NCBI GenBank assembly: GCA_951406725.2
Contig: OX597815.1
Coordinates: 164,362,001 to 164,426,000 of the forward strand
Length of the DNA: 64,000 nt
Reading direction: 5' to 3'
Source of the DNA: Octopus vulgaris
Lineage: Eukaryota
Part shown: positions 26,366 to 38,562 of the stretch, piece by piece
Layout: each line of letters begins with the position of its first letter
How positions within the stretch are numbered: position 1 is the stretch's first letter
Program-made: the position numbers and the translations under genes
Notes under the pieces: model-generated
The model's input: only the letters and a program-made list of their open reading frames with translations
What the model was told of the DNA's origin: nothing
The model's database searches: none

Positions 26366-28324
26366 GTCCCACTGCAACTTTTTGTGTATTCATTCCTAGC
26401 AATGCATACACAGTACTGAGTTCCTACCAACATGTTTTCCTATACATCAAACTAGGTCATTCACATAGCTCAAAGTTGTTATGCTATGTTATTACAAACT
26501 TTGAACTTAAGAAAATACTTCCGATTTTCCTTTTTCTGCAACTCTTTGACAGATTCTATGGGAACTAAGCCATCAGCATATAAGAGCTGGTTTCTTATGT
26601 TATAACCTCAAGAATTAAAATGAATAAAAAGAGTTTGTAGATAGGACTCTAGGACACCATCTTGCAACTAGTGCCCTTATACATGCTACACATGACCCTT
26701 CCATATCATTCAGCTACACCTAGTTTCATTAGCCTCCACCAGAACTACAGAGACTGGTCTGTGTCAGAGACCTTAATGCAACTCTAAAGTAGAGTGTTTT
26801 AATTTCAGATATGACCAGCTCTTACAGATTGCATCACCTGAAATATAGAATATGTGGTGCCCTGATCTCACACAAATCCAAGCTAATATTATCTTTGGTA
26901 ACTCACTCAACAACAGTTAAGAGTTGGTGCATTAGATTCAGGTTTTTGTAATTGCCTTTCAACAATGCAGTCTCCTTTAATCTTGAATCACTTGATTATG
27001 ATAAAACTGTGCCAGTCATTTGTGTACAATGTTATCTTGAATTCCTGCACCACCTCATTAACAAAGATAGCAACTAGCATATGAATCCATAATTGGAGCT
27101 GTGATAGTCAACCCCTTTAGTTCATTAGAAATAATCCACCACATTCCCACTCATAACCATGTTCCATTCAATAATTTCAAATAATCCTTTCTACTGAAAG
27201 ACTTGAAAATTTTTAGGGATCAGAGCAAGTCAATTACACTGCTCCACTGCTCATCATTATCATCATTTTACATCCATTTTCTATGTTGGCATGAGTTGGA
27301 CGGTTTGACAAAAGCTGGCAAGTCAAAGAGTTGCACCAGGTTCCAGTCTGATTTGGCATGGTTTCCACAGCTGGATGCCCTTCTTAATGCCAACCACTTT
27401 ACAGTGTATGCTGGCACAAGCACTTTTACGTGGCACTGGTACAAGAGTTTTCTTATAATGCACCTGCACAGATAAGTACTTGTTTCGTCAACAACAAAAG
27501 AATGAAAGGCAAAGTCCACCCCAGTCTAATTTGAACTTGGAATGTAGAGAAGGAAGAAATGTCACTATGCATTTTGACCAATATGCCAACGATTCTGCTA
27601 TTTCACTGCCCTACCACCTCTTTGGTAAAGTGCCACCTGGTTTAAAACCATCACTAGGTCCTTATATATCTTTAGCAGGTTTTCCTCTATGGCAGGCTTT
27701 CATCTCCCAGCCAACACTTTTCCAGTAGACGTTGCTGATGTTCGATCTTTGCATCAGCCATATGGATCTCACCAATCTGGGAAAGCCTACAAAAAAGAAA
27801 TGCATGGGTGCTGATTTCTCTGTTACCCAACTAACAGTTAAAAAATAGGTACCCCACTTCTGTTCAATGATGCCTTGATCATCATGATCAGAAATGTCGT
27901 GCAAAACTTAGATTGAGCAGGAAGAGAATTCTAGTTTCACATAACAAATACATACAATATGCTTCGCTACAAATTCATTGGAATTGAACGAAAAATAAAC
28001 AAAAAAATAGTTCTGATGGATTCTTAAAGTAGTAGGCATATTTTATCCGTACAAATCCACAAGGTAACAAGGATAATGAAGTAAAACCTCTTTCTGGAGA
28101 AGAATTGCAGGTTCTGAGTCCGTTTTATGATAAAGATGGGAAATTTATACACAAAATGTGTCAACTGATGAAGTCAGACACTTCAAAAAATTTATATTTA
28201 TACAGACAAATTAATCACTGAATTAAAGCAAAATGATGTAAAATTAAAGGATTTAATCTAATAATTTAAACAAAAACTAAAAGCGCGGTCGAAATCAGTT
28301 AAATCATATATATGTGTGTGTGTG

Positions 28325-28376
<52 letters not shown>

Positions 28377-28453
28377 GTTATCAATAATGGATAAGTACTA
28401 CAAATCATAATATTGTCAAATATATAGATATATGTATGTATGTATATGTGTAC

Positions 28454-28492
<39 letters not shown>

Positions 28493-28821
28493 TTAATTGA
28501 TTTCAACAGCGCTGTATACACACACACACACAGAGTTATCAATAACGGATAAATACTACAAATCATAATATTGCCAAATAAATATATATATATATATATA
28601 TAATCTTACGATCTTGAATTTTAGGTTCATAAATGTGCAGGATTCACTACTATTATTTCGTTGATACACGAAAAGGTTTCATAATCAAATCGTAAATCGC
28701 CATGCAATTAACAATAATATACAATAATATTTTGCAGGTTTCGAATGAGTATATAATAAGTCAAATTACAACGTATATGATTTTTTTGAAAATACTGTCA
28801 ACATTTATATATATGACTTAC

Positions 28822-28924
28822 CTCCTATTTCTGACACTATCCAGTTTGGCATTGTAATGCTGGCTACTGCTAAAAGATCTGCTGCGAAAAAGAATGCCAT
28901 CGAAATTATGCTCAGCTTATCCAT
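28822..28924 (-). CDS. MOSMO: MOSMO (modulator of smoothened / C16orf52 / ATTHOG), coding exon 1
   Basis: ATG at 28924. Translates MDKLSIISMAFFFAADLLAVASITMPNWIVSEIG(G), matching the recalled vertebrate MOSMO N-terminus MDKLTIISGCLFLAADIFAIASIANPDW. Ends at a GTAAGT donor, 103 nt, phase 1. Confidence 0.93.
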
Positions 28925-29093
28925 ATTCTTAGGCTGTTATTTTTTCAAATCAGCGAATCTTCAAGGGGGACTTTTGAAAAGCCTTCGCCTTATTATCAGT
29001 ACTTTTTGTTTGATTTTATTTCTGGATGAAAAAAAATACTGTTTGCCCGTTTTATAAATGTCATTAAACAGGCTCATTTAAGAAAAAAAATTA

Positions 29094-29145
29094 ACTACAA
29101 CTACATTTCTTGCATCGTCTGATTGTCAACATCGGGTCACGTGAC
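29094..29145. promoter_or_regulatory. Putative MOSMO proximal promoter: palindromic E-box GTCACGTGAC (CLEAR/USF-type, 29136-29145) plus an ACTACA-like motif
   Basis: Perfect 10-bp palindrome about 210 bp upstream of the ATG, in a small CpG-containing patch within AT-rich DNA. Function is inferred. Confidence 0.5.
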
Positions 29146-30560
29146 AAAGAACGGTGACTTGAGATGAATTTACATTATGCAATTAACTATATGATTAAAT
29201 ATTTTGCATGTTTTCATATTCTCTTCTTTGATTTACTTTTTTTTAAATATTATATTGCAATGTTAAAGGTTACTCGGGAGGAAATAATTCATTTCATTTG
29301 TAAAAATTTCCGTGTACTATAGAAAAACAGTGTTACATGGGAAAAATGGGCTTCCATAACATACGGGACTTGGGGGTGGAGGAATACATTTAGATATAAG
29401 TTTCTTATCTGTTACGGAAAAATTGGAATTCATATAAATAAATATGATTTTGACAAAGAAACTCATCCAAAAAGAAGGATAGAATTTATTTGCTGCTTAA
29501 TTGTTCATAATGCAGAATATTTCCGGAATTCAAATATGGAAACACAGAAGTATCACAATTCTAGAATAACGAGTTTATATTGGGATGAGAGTGTGGTATG
29601 AATTATAAAATAAACATTTTTCATTCTTTTATTGTGTCTGGGGAGAGTCGTTCTGTTGATAATCAGAAAATTAAATACAAGAATTTGAGATTATTTCTAG
29701 CAATCTACCCTAGCAAAACCTTTTCCAATTGAGTAAGGAAAAAAATGACAGATACGAAATGCAGAAGAACACCCAATCACTTTAAATACTAATATTATAA
29801 ATTACCAAAATTCTATTTCATTTCCTCAGCACATTAACGTTATCAATATAAATGCGTGTGATTAAATATATTTGAAAACTTTTACCATTATTTTAAACAT
29901 TCAAACGAAAAAAAAGAAAGAGATATTTTTTCATTAAGTAGAGTGACTGTGTGGTAAGTAGCTTGCTTACCAACCACATGGTTCTGGGTTCAGTCCTTTT
30001 AGAAATTGAAGAGTAAACTAAAATGTAACCTGAAGTAATTGCCCTTTAGGTTGTAGATCACATGCCAAAGTAGCACCAAATAAATTTTATATGAACGATG
30101 TATACAACAGGTGCAGGAGATTTTCATCAGAAATTCAATCATTAGAAGGCAGTGAGCTGGCAGAAACATTAGCATACTGGGCGAAATGCTTTACGTTCTG
30201 AGATCAAATTCTGCCAAGGTTGACTTTGTCATTCATGCTATCGGGGTTGATAAATTAAGTACCATTTGCGTACTAGAGTCGATCTAATCGATTGACCCCC
30301 CTCCCCAAAAATTTCAGGCCTTGTGCCTAGAGTAGAAAAGAATATTTAGGCCAATTTTTCACATCAAAACATATTCATGTTGACGTGTTTGTTTCTTCAT
30401 CCAACTCACCAGGTTGAGTATGAAGTGTGAAATCAGCTATTAGTGAGAGAGAAATTCATCAAGATTAAGGTCAAGCAACTGACAAGCAAATCTATGGTAT
30501 TGAGGAGATTATTATTATTATTATCATTAGTATTATTATTATTATCATCATCATCATCAA

Positions 30561-30596
<36 letters not shown>

Positions 30597-33112
30597 GAGG
30601 GCAAGCTGGCAGAATTGTTAACATACCAGGCAAAATGCTAAGCAGCATTTCGTCTGTCATTATGTTCTGAGTTCAAATTCCACCGAGATTGGCTTTACTT
30701 TTCCTCCAGTAGGGGTCAACAAAATAAGCACCTGTTGAATACTGGAGGATGTAGTTGACTTGCCTCTCAAAAATTTGAAACCATTATTATTATTTTTATT
30801 ATTGGAAAGTGATGTGATTGGCTAAGAGCTTACAGTTGAAATTGATAGAGATATATACTGCAATCATTGTTTAAGTTTCTTCTGGGGTGTTATAATCAAT
30901 AGCTTAAAAAGATATGACATGATATTTTGAAAGAGAGTTACTGTTGGGGAAATATTTCAGTACATTTGTAAGATCAATGTTACAGGAAAACAGTGTTTTC
31001 ATAATGATACTAGATATTTTTGTAGAGGTGTGGAGTACACTTTTTACATAAGTCTCTTGCCCATCAAAGAACTTGTGTAAGTAAATATGAGTCTGGCAAA
31101 GAGATAAATCAGAAGAGGTGTATTTCTTTGCTAAAATGTTTTATTGTGTGAATAAATTTTCGAGGTAATAAAAAAACAGAAAAACCAATGTGAGTTGTTA
31201 GAGAAACTCATCATTCCTTTATGCGTGTTTAAGAACATTATCTATGTTGTAGAACTTTAAATATTACATACTAAACTAATGAGGTAAAGTAAGTAGCATT
31301 TATTTCAAACAGTTCACAAGGATAAAAAAATATGTATTTGAATTAGTTATTGAGTTCAACAATAATTAAGGATTCTTGTCAAATCTAATCAACCAGTCAT
31401 CATCATCATCATCGTTTAACGTCCGTTCTCCATGCTAGCATGGGTTGGACGGTTCGACCGGGGTCTAGGAAGCCAGAAGGCTGCACCAGGCTCCGGTCTT
31501 ATCTGGCAAAGTTTCTACAGCTGGATGCCTTTCCTAACGCCAACCACTCCGTGAGTGTAGTGGGTGCTTTTTACGTGCCACCTGCACTGGTGCCAGGCGA
31601 GGCTGGCATCGGGCACGGTCGGATTGGTGCATTTTATGGAAGCCAGTCAAGGCGGCACTGGCTTCGGCTACGATTCGGATGGTGCTTTTTACGTGCCACC
31701 GACACGGAAGCCAGTCGAGGCGGCAAGATGACTCTTAAACTGCATTCTGATAATTTTAAACTAGAGCATGTGAAGAGATAAAACATTGACATGACAGAGT
31801 ATTTGAACAAATTTCTTTTGATGGTAATAGGTCAGAAAATCCGTAGCTAATGAAACTAGAGCACACAGCACATACATTATGATTTATCAACTGTGATGCT
31901 ATTACAAAAACTATTACGAAGAATGATTAGATCAAAATATTGAAGTACATGATTAATTAAGTTTCTCCAGAAAGCTGGTAACACAGGTGTAGAGTTTTCA
32001 TTAATGTAAGTTTATAGAGAAAATGTGTGTGCTGAATCAAACTTGGCGCTTAAGCACACGAATGTCATTTTACAGAAGTATTACATGGCTGTACAAGAGT
32101 AGTCTCCCTTCCACCTCTTTCAATCGGACTCTACCCGTTTCTTTTTATCTTTTTTACTCAAGTTTTCCTTTCAAACTAGGTTCTTTTTCTCAACACATTT
32201 ATGCTTCATTATGTATGCACACTAATATCTTACACCCAGTGAAGCATACTCAGTTTATTTCTTTCCAGCTGTCACTTATCCTTCACGTTTAATGCCTATA
32301 ATTCATTGTACTACATACAGAATTATTGTACAATTTATCCTTCACTTCAAGAGAGATTCCCTTTGTGCCAGCCCCATGACATTTCTCTGCCTCATTCTTT
32401 CTCTGGCTACATTGAAATACACTGATATTTAAGCTCTTGATAGGAAGCCATTAACTACTTCTACAAACCTTCCAAGTGTTTGAATTATCGCGCGCACACA
32501 CACACACATACATAGGATTATAGGAGTTCCACATGGTAGCAATAAATATGTAAATATGTTTATAAACTGCCAACAAGTGTTGTAATAACGACTTGCTACA
32601 ATATCTTGCAATCTTCTATAAATTTGATGAGGTGGCAGCTATCAAAGAGCAGGAAAATAAGTACACCAAAACACATTTTCGACTGTTCGCTGTTGGACAC
32701 ATGTACCTGAGGACACAATTCGGTTCTTAAGGTTCTCTTCAATGCTGCAAAGAACTAAGTTGCTCTAATCAACAGTCACAGAGGAAACTACAGAAGAAAC
32801 CAGCAAAAGATTTCATTGCCTTTGTTTGTCCAGGAAAGCAGATCTGCTAGAGAAAGAAAGTTCCTATGAACAATGAAAACTGGAATGGCTTTCAGGAGGT
32901 GGCTGCAGAATTACCAATATACCAAAGATTCTTCTCCATGCCAGTTATGAAGAAACCAGATACTATCACCTGCTGATGAGAGGAAAAGAAAATGATAAAG
33001 CTGGGCAAACTGATGTCTTCCATGAAGATAATATGAACAATGTTGTATGCTTGTGTATGTATATGTATATAAGTGTGTGTGTGTGTATACACATACTTGT
33101 ACACACAAATAC

Positions 33113-35565
33113 ATGCCACTATGAAAGGTTGCTGAATAAAGAAAATGAATGGGATAAAGAGAGTCTGCCGAATGTTGACCCAACAGAGGGACCAGCTATC
33201 CGAGTTGATAGTTCCGTGGTAGCTAAGGCAATTAGAAGCATGAAGACAGGGAAAGCCCCAGGCCCATCAGGAATTACTGCAGAGATGCTCAAAATATCTG
33301 GCAGTGTCGGCTATAACCTAGTCACCCGTATAGTCAACCAGGTGATACACGAAGGAGTCATACCCAATGACTGGTGCAGCAGCATACTAGTCAACTGCTA
33401 CAAAGGTAAAGGTGATGCCCTAGATACAAATAATTACAGAGGTATCAAGCTGTTGGATCAAGTAATGAAGGTTACGGAGAGGGTCATAGCCCAACTAATT
33501 AGAGAGAGAGTTAGTTTAGATGAGATGCAGTTTGGGTTCATGCCAGGGAAAAGTACCACTGATGCTATATTCCTGGTAAGGCAGCTGCAGGAGAAATACC
33601 TAGCCAAAGATAAGCCCCTGTACCTGGCTTTCGTTGACATGGAGAAAGCTTTTGATAGGGTCCCCCGATCCCTTATCTGGTGGTCAATGAGGAAACTAGG
33701 GATAGATGAATGGCTGGTGAGGACTGTGCAAGCCATGTACAGAGATGCCGTAAGTAAGGTTAGGGTTGGCAACATGTACACAGAAGAATTCAAAGTAGAG
33801 GTTGGGGTCCACCAGGGTTCAGTACTCAGCCCCCTCCTATTTATCATAGTCCTCCAGGCAATTACGGAGGAATTCAAGACAGGTTGTCCCTGGGAGCTCC
33901 TCTACGCTGACGACCTTGCTCTTATTGCTGAGTCACTATCAGAACTGGAGGAGAAGTTCCAGGTGTGGAAGGAGGGTTTAGAATCGAGGGGCCTTAGAGT
34001 CAACCTAGCTAAAACCAAAGTACTAATAAGTAGGAAGGTAGACAATCCACAAATGTCTTCAGGAAGATGGCCCTGCTCGATCTGTAGAAAAGGTGTAGGT
34101 AGAAACTCTATAAGATGTACCCAGGGTAAGCTATGGACACATAAGAGGTGCAGCAATGTCAAAGGTAGGCTAACTGGGAAGATAGTTTTTGTATGTGGCA
34201 GATGCTCGGGAGCATTAACCTCCGAAAATCTGCAGAAAACAACTTCCGTCACTTTCTAGGGGGAAAAACTAGAAGTAGTTGATAGCTTCCGTTATCTAGG
34301 TGACCAAGTCAGTAGTGGGGGTGGGTGCGCTGAAAGTGTAACTGCTAGAATAAGAATAGCCTGGGCAAAGTTTAGGGAGCTCTTATCTCTGCTGGTGACT
34401 AAAGGCCTCTCGCTCAGAGTAAAAAGCAGACTGTATGATGCGTGTGTACGAACAGCCATGCTACATGGCAGTGAAACATGGGCCGTGACTGCTGAGGACA
34501 TGCGTAAGCTCGTGAGGAATGAAGCCAGTATGCTCCGATGGATGTGTAATGTCAGTGTACATACTCGACAGAGCGTTAGCACCTTGAGAGAAATGTTGTA
34601 CCTAAGAAGCATCAGTTGTGGTGTGCAAGAGAGACGATTGCGCTGGTATGGTCATGTGGCGAGAATGGATGAAGATAGGTGTGTGAGAAAGTGCCAATCC
34701 CTAGCAGTTGAGGGAACCCGTGGAAGAGGTAGACCCAGGAAAACCTGGGACGAGGTGGTGAAGCACGACCTTCGAACTTTAGGCCTCACTGAGGAAATGA
34801 CCAGCGACCGAGACCTTTGGAAATATTCTGTACGTGAGAAGACCAGGCAGGACAAGTGAGCCCAGCCCACTTATGAATGCCTTTCCTCCCTTGGACACAA
34901 AGACCTGTTGAGGCAAGCGAAGTCGATATAGAACCTCATCCGACGACAGGCACCCATGCCAACCCCCTTTACTTGCGAAGACATGTTGGGGCAAGCGAAA
35001 TCGAAATCGAAACCGAATTGAACCAGCCAGGATCCCTGGTCTGGTGGCACGTAAAAAGCACTATCCGACTCGTGGCTGATGCCAGCGCTGCCTCCACTGG
35101 CTTCCGTGCCGGTGGCACGTAAAATACTCCAATCCGACCGTACGACAGGCACCCATGCCAAACCCCTTTGCTTGTGAAGACATGTTGGGGCAAGCGAAAT
35201 CGAAATCGAATTGAACCAGCCAGGATCCCTGGTCTGGTGGTACGTAAAAAGCACAATCCGACTCGTGGCCGATGCCAGCACCACCTCGACTGGCTTCCGT
35301 GCCGGTGGCACATAAAATACACCAATCTGACCATGGCCATTGCCAGCCTCGCCTGGCACCTGTGCAGGTGGCACATAAAAAGCACCCACTACACTCACGG
35401 AGTGGTTGGCGTTAGGAAGGGCATCCAGCTGTAGAAACATTGCCAGATAAGGCTGGAGTCCTGGTGCAGCCTTCTGGCTTCCCAGATCCCCGGTCGAACC
35501 GTCCAACCCATGCTAGCATGGAGAACGGACGTTAAACGATGATGATGATGATGATGATGATGATG
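33113..35565 (+). mobile_element. RTE-clade LINE, 5'-truncated, young copy (RT, PHD-like finger, C-terminal domain, 3' UTR, (GAT)n tail)
   Basis: Motifs KAPGPSG, NYRGIKLL, QFGF..GKSTTDA, AFVDMEKAFD, GVHQGSVLSP, LYADD and RLRWYGHV..M...RGRGRPRKTW. ORFs 32976-34259 and 34395-34859 share one frame, broken only by TAG at 34257-34259. Confidence 0.95.
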
Positions 35566-36317
35566 CATATATGTATATATATGTACGTGTAGGAGAATAT
35601 GTGTGTGTATATGCATGTGCATGTGTGTGTGTGTGTGTGTATGCGTATAAAAAAAGCTTTGTAAAACAAAGCACCATCAGGTTAAAGTATAAATATAAAT
35701 ATAAACCTTTATTATAGCATCATATATTATTGACTATATATTATATTATTGACTATATATTATCATTGTTGTGCCACTATCCTACATTTATACTTTAACC
35801 TGATGGGGCTTTGTTTTACTGGGAAGCAATACTACTGTTTTGCACTACTTAATAATTTTTTGTTTGGAAACTTTTCCACTTTTCTCGGTCTGTTAACAGC
35901 TAGGCATTCAGACAAGTAATACTGGCAATGATGTAGTGGCATTTGAAATTTTGTCTAGGTGAATCTAGCCAAAGTGAACTAATCAAATTTATGTTAGCAA
36001 ACATAATTTGGAAAGTTTGAAACCTAGGTCCTAGATTATCCACATCTGGGTTGTACATTTATTTAATGTTCTTCTCACAGGTAAGATGAAATTTTTTATG
36101 TTCACCACCTGCAAACACTTTTGCCAGAATATATATATACAGTGTAGCTTTATTGTAGTGTCGTATATTATCAATTGCTATTTCCAGTAAATATTGGTAC
36201 ATTGTTGTACCACTATTCTATATTTATACTTTAACCTGATGGTGCTTTGTTTTACTGGGAAGCAATACTGCTATATTGCACTTTTTAGTAATATTTCTTT
36301 CAGTATATATATATATG

Positions 36318-36369
<52 letters not shown>

Positions 36370-36501
36370 CATTTTAGTTATGGTTATGCTGCTTTAGGTA
36401 CAACATGTTCTTTGTCTATCTCCTTGACTTCTTGGAGATTTTAGGTATAGTTATACTAATGTGTCCATCTGTTCTAATTTAATTAAATTCTATGTCTTTG
36501 C

Positions 36502-36586
36502 GCAGCTGAAGATTGCTCTACATTTTAAATTGATGTAATGATTACATTTTTCAATTAAATGGATTTGCATGAAACAATCGTACTGC
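36502..36586 (+). ncRNA. Type I hammerhead ribozyme-like motif with long stem II
   Basis: GCAG-CUGAAGA-UUGC...GCAU-GAAAC-AAUC-GUA^-CUGC. The stem II insert has nested complements CAUUU/AAAUG, AAUUGA/UCAAUU and UGUAAU/AUUACA. There is a U-U mismatch at the base of stem II. Confidence 0.65.
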
Positions 36587-36702
36587 ATTACCTCTGGATA
36601 TCCTTGTTGCTTATTTTGATTTTAATCACCTTATTTTGAAATTGTATGGATAATACCATACTAAATTCTGGTGCCTCAACTTAAGTACCATATTCATCTG
36701 AA

Positions 36703-36739
<37 letters not shown>

Positions 36740-36751
36740 GTATGTTTATAT

Positions 36752-36836
<85 letters not shown>

Positions 36837-36869
36837 CATACTATATATATGTGCATGTGTGTGTGTGTG

Positions 36870-37152
36870 CAATCTAAATAAGAAGATGGAGAAACAGTTT
36901 ATCATTAGGCCTAGATTTTTTACATCTGAAGAATTTTGATCTTACTTAAGACTATAAACCAAGAGTATAGATAGCCTAAAGCTCAGGATGAGGTCCTGGG
37001 AAGGTAGAAAGATGGAGGATTTTTGATGCAACATTCATCCTAAGCTTTAGGTTATCTATACTCTTAGATCATAGCTGTAAGTGAGTTCCAAATTCTTCAG
37101 GTGTAGAAAATCTAGACCTTATGAGAAACTCTTTCTTGTCTTCCAATTTAGA
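36870..37152. repeat. Long imperfect inverted repeat (about 120-bp arms) between microsatellites
   Basis: For example AAGAGTATAGATAGCCTAAAGCT vs AGCTTTAGGTTATCTATACTCTT, and TCTAAAT vs ATTTAGA at the ends. Confidence 0.8.
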
Positions 37153-37186
37153 GTGCACACACACACACATATGTGTATGTATAGTA

Positions 37187-37238
<52 letters not shown>

Positions 37239-37403
37239 GGCATAGGAGTGGCTGTGTGGTAAGTAGCTTGCTTACGAACCACATGGTTCTGGATTCAGTT
37301 TCACTGTGTGGCACCTTGGGCAAATGTCTTCTACTAAAGCCTCAGGCCAACCAAAGCCTTGAGAGTAGATTTGGTAGACAGAAACTGAAAGAAGCCCGTC
37401 ATA

Positions 37404-37463
<60 letters not shown>

Positions 37464-37556
37464 AATAAGAAAATGGAGGAACAGATTCCTTTCAATCATC
37501 AACTTACAGATAATACCAATTCATATAATTTATTAACTAATTCAAACCCCTATCTC

Positions 37557-37611
<55 letters not shown>

Positions 37612-37816
37612 GTATGTATATGTTTGTGTGTGTGTGTTTGTCCCCCCAACATCGCTTGACAACTGATGCTAGTGTGTTTACGTCCCTGTAACCTAGTGGT
37701 TCGGCAAAAAGTACTAGGCTTACAAAGAATAAGTCCTGGGGTCGATTTGTTCGACTAACGGTGGTTCTCCAGCATGGCCACAGTCAAATGACTGAAACAA
37801 GTAAATGAGTAAAAGA

Positions 37817-37865
<49 letters not shown>

Positions 37866-38364
37866 TATATATATCATCATCATCATCATTATCATAATCT
37901 AGGGTCTGCTTTCCATGCTGGCATGGGTTAGACAGTTTGACTGGTAAGCTGGGGAAACTGCACCATGTTTCAATCTGATTTGGCATAATTTCTACAGTTA
38001 GATGCCCTTCCTAATGCCAACCATTCCAAGAATGTAATGGGTGCACAGGTGCTAGTTACATGACACCAGCATTGGCCACAAATAAAGGTTTGATTCACTT
38101 ATCTGCTTGAGGTCCAACATTCAAAGGGTGCTTTTTATATGCCACCAGCACAGGTGCCGGTTACATGACAATGGTCTTGACCACGACTACGATTACACTT
38201 GGCTTGATGGATTTTCTCAAGCATGGTATATCACCAAAGGTCTCAGTCACTTGTCATTGCCTCCGTAAGTTTTGTAGTGAACCCTGGCAGTCACATCAGG
38301 AAGCAAAACATAAAAGGGATTTAACAAGAGTAATCTCCCTCAAGCTTCTAAAAAGTTTACAAAC

Positions 38365-38562
38365 ATTCTGGAAGCTTCCGGTTTATGTGGAAGTCAGAGA
38401 CTCCCGGTTCATCCCTTATGTAAAGGAAGGAATTTCTAAATTCGCACCATCCAATGCATGTCAAAGAATCAACAGGCACTGAAGGGCACGAATTTAGAAA
38501 TTCTTTCCTTTATATAAGGGATGAACTGGAAGTCCCTGATTTCCACGCAAACCAGAAGCTTC
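38365..38562. repeat. Imperfect inverted repeat (about 90-bp arms)
   Basis: GTTCATCCCTTATGTAAAGGAAGGAATTTCTAAATTCG vs CGAATTTAGAAATTCTTTCCTTTATATAAGGGATGAAC. Confidence 0.8.

Noticed and set aside
28160-28195. Isolated CTGATGA/CTGAAGA motifs (also about 30124, 45327, 46423, 50279, 63781) as hammerheads
   Set aside because: No correctly placed GAAA together with stems I-III.
28857-29057. Plus-strand 66-aa ORF
   Set aside because: Antisense to MOSMO exon 1 and its 5' UTR, with no recognisable protein features.
32976-33112. N-terminus of the 427-aa ORF
   Set aside because: Read-through from an older RTE fragment and (TG)n repeat. RT homology starts at about 33113.
36065-36087. AG|GTAAGA recursive-splice-like motif on the plus strand
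   Set aside because: No plus-strand gene could be found to host it, so it is likely chance.
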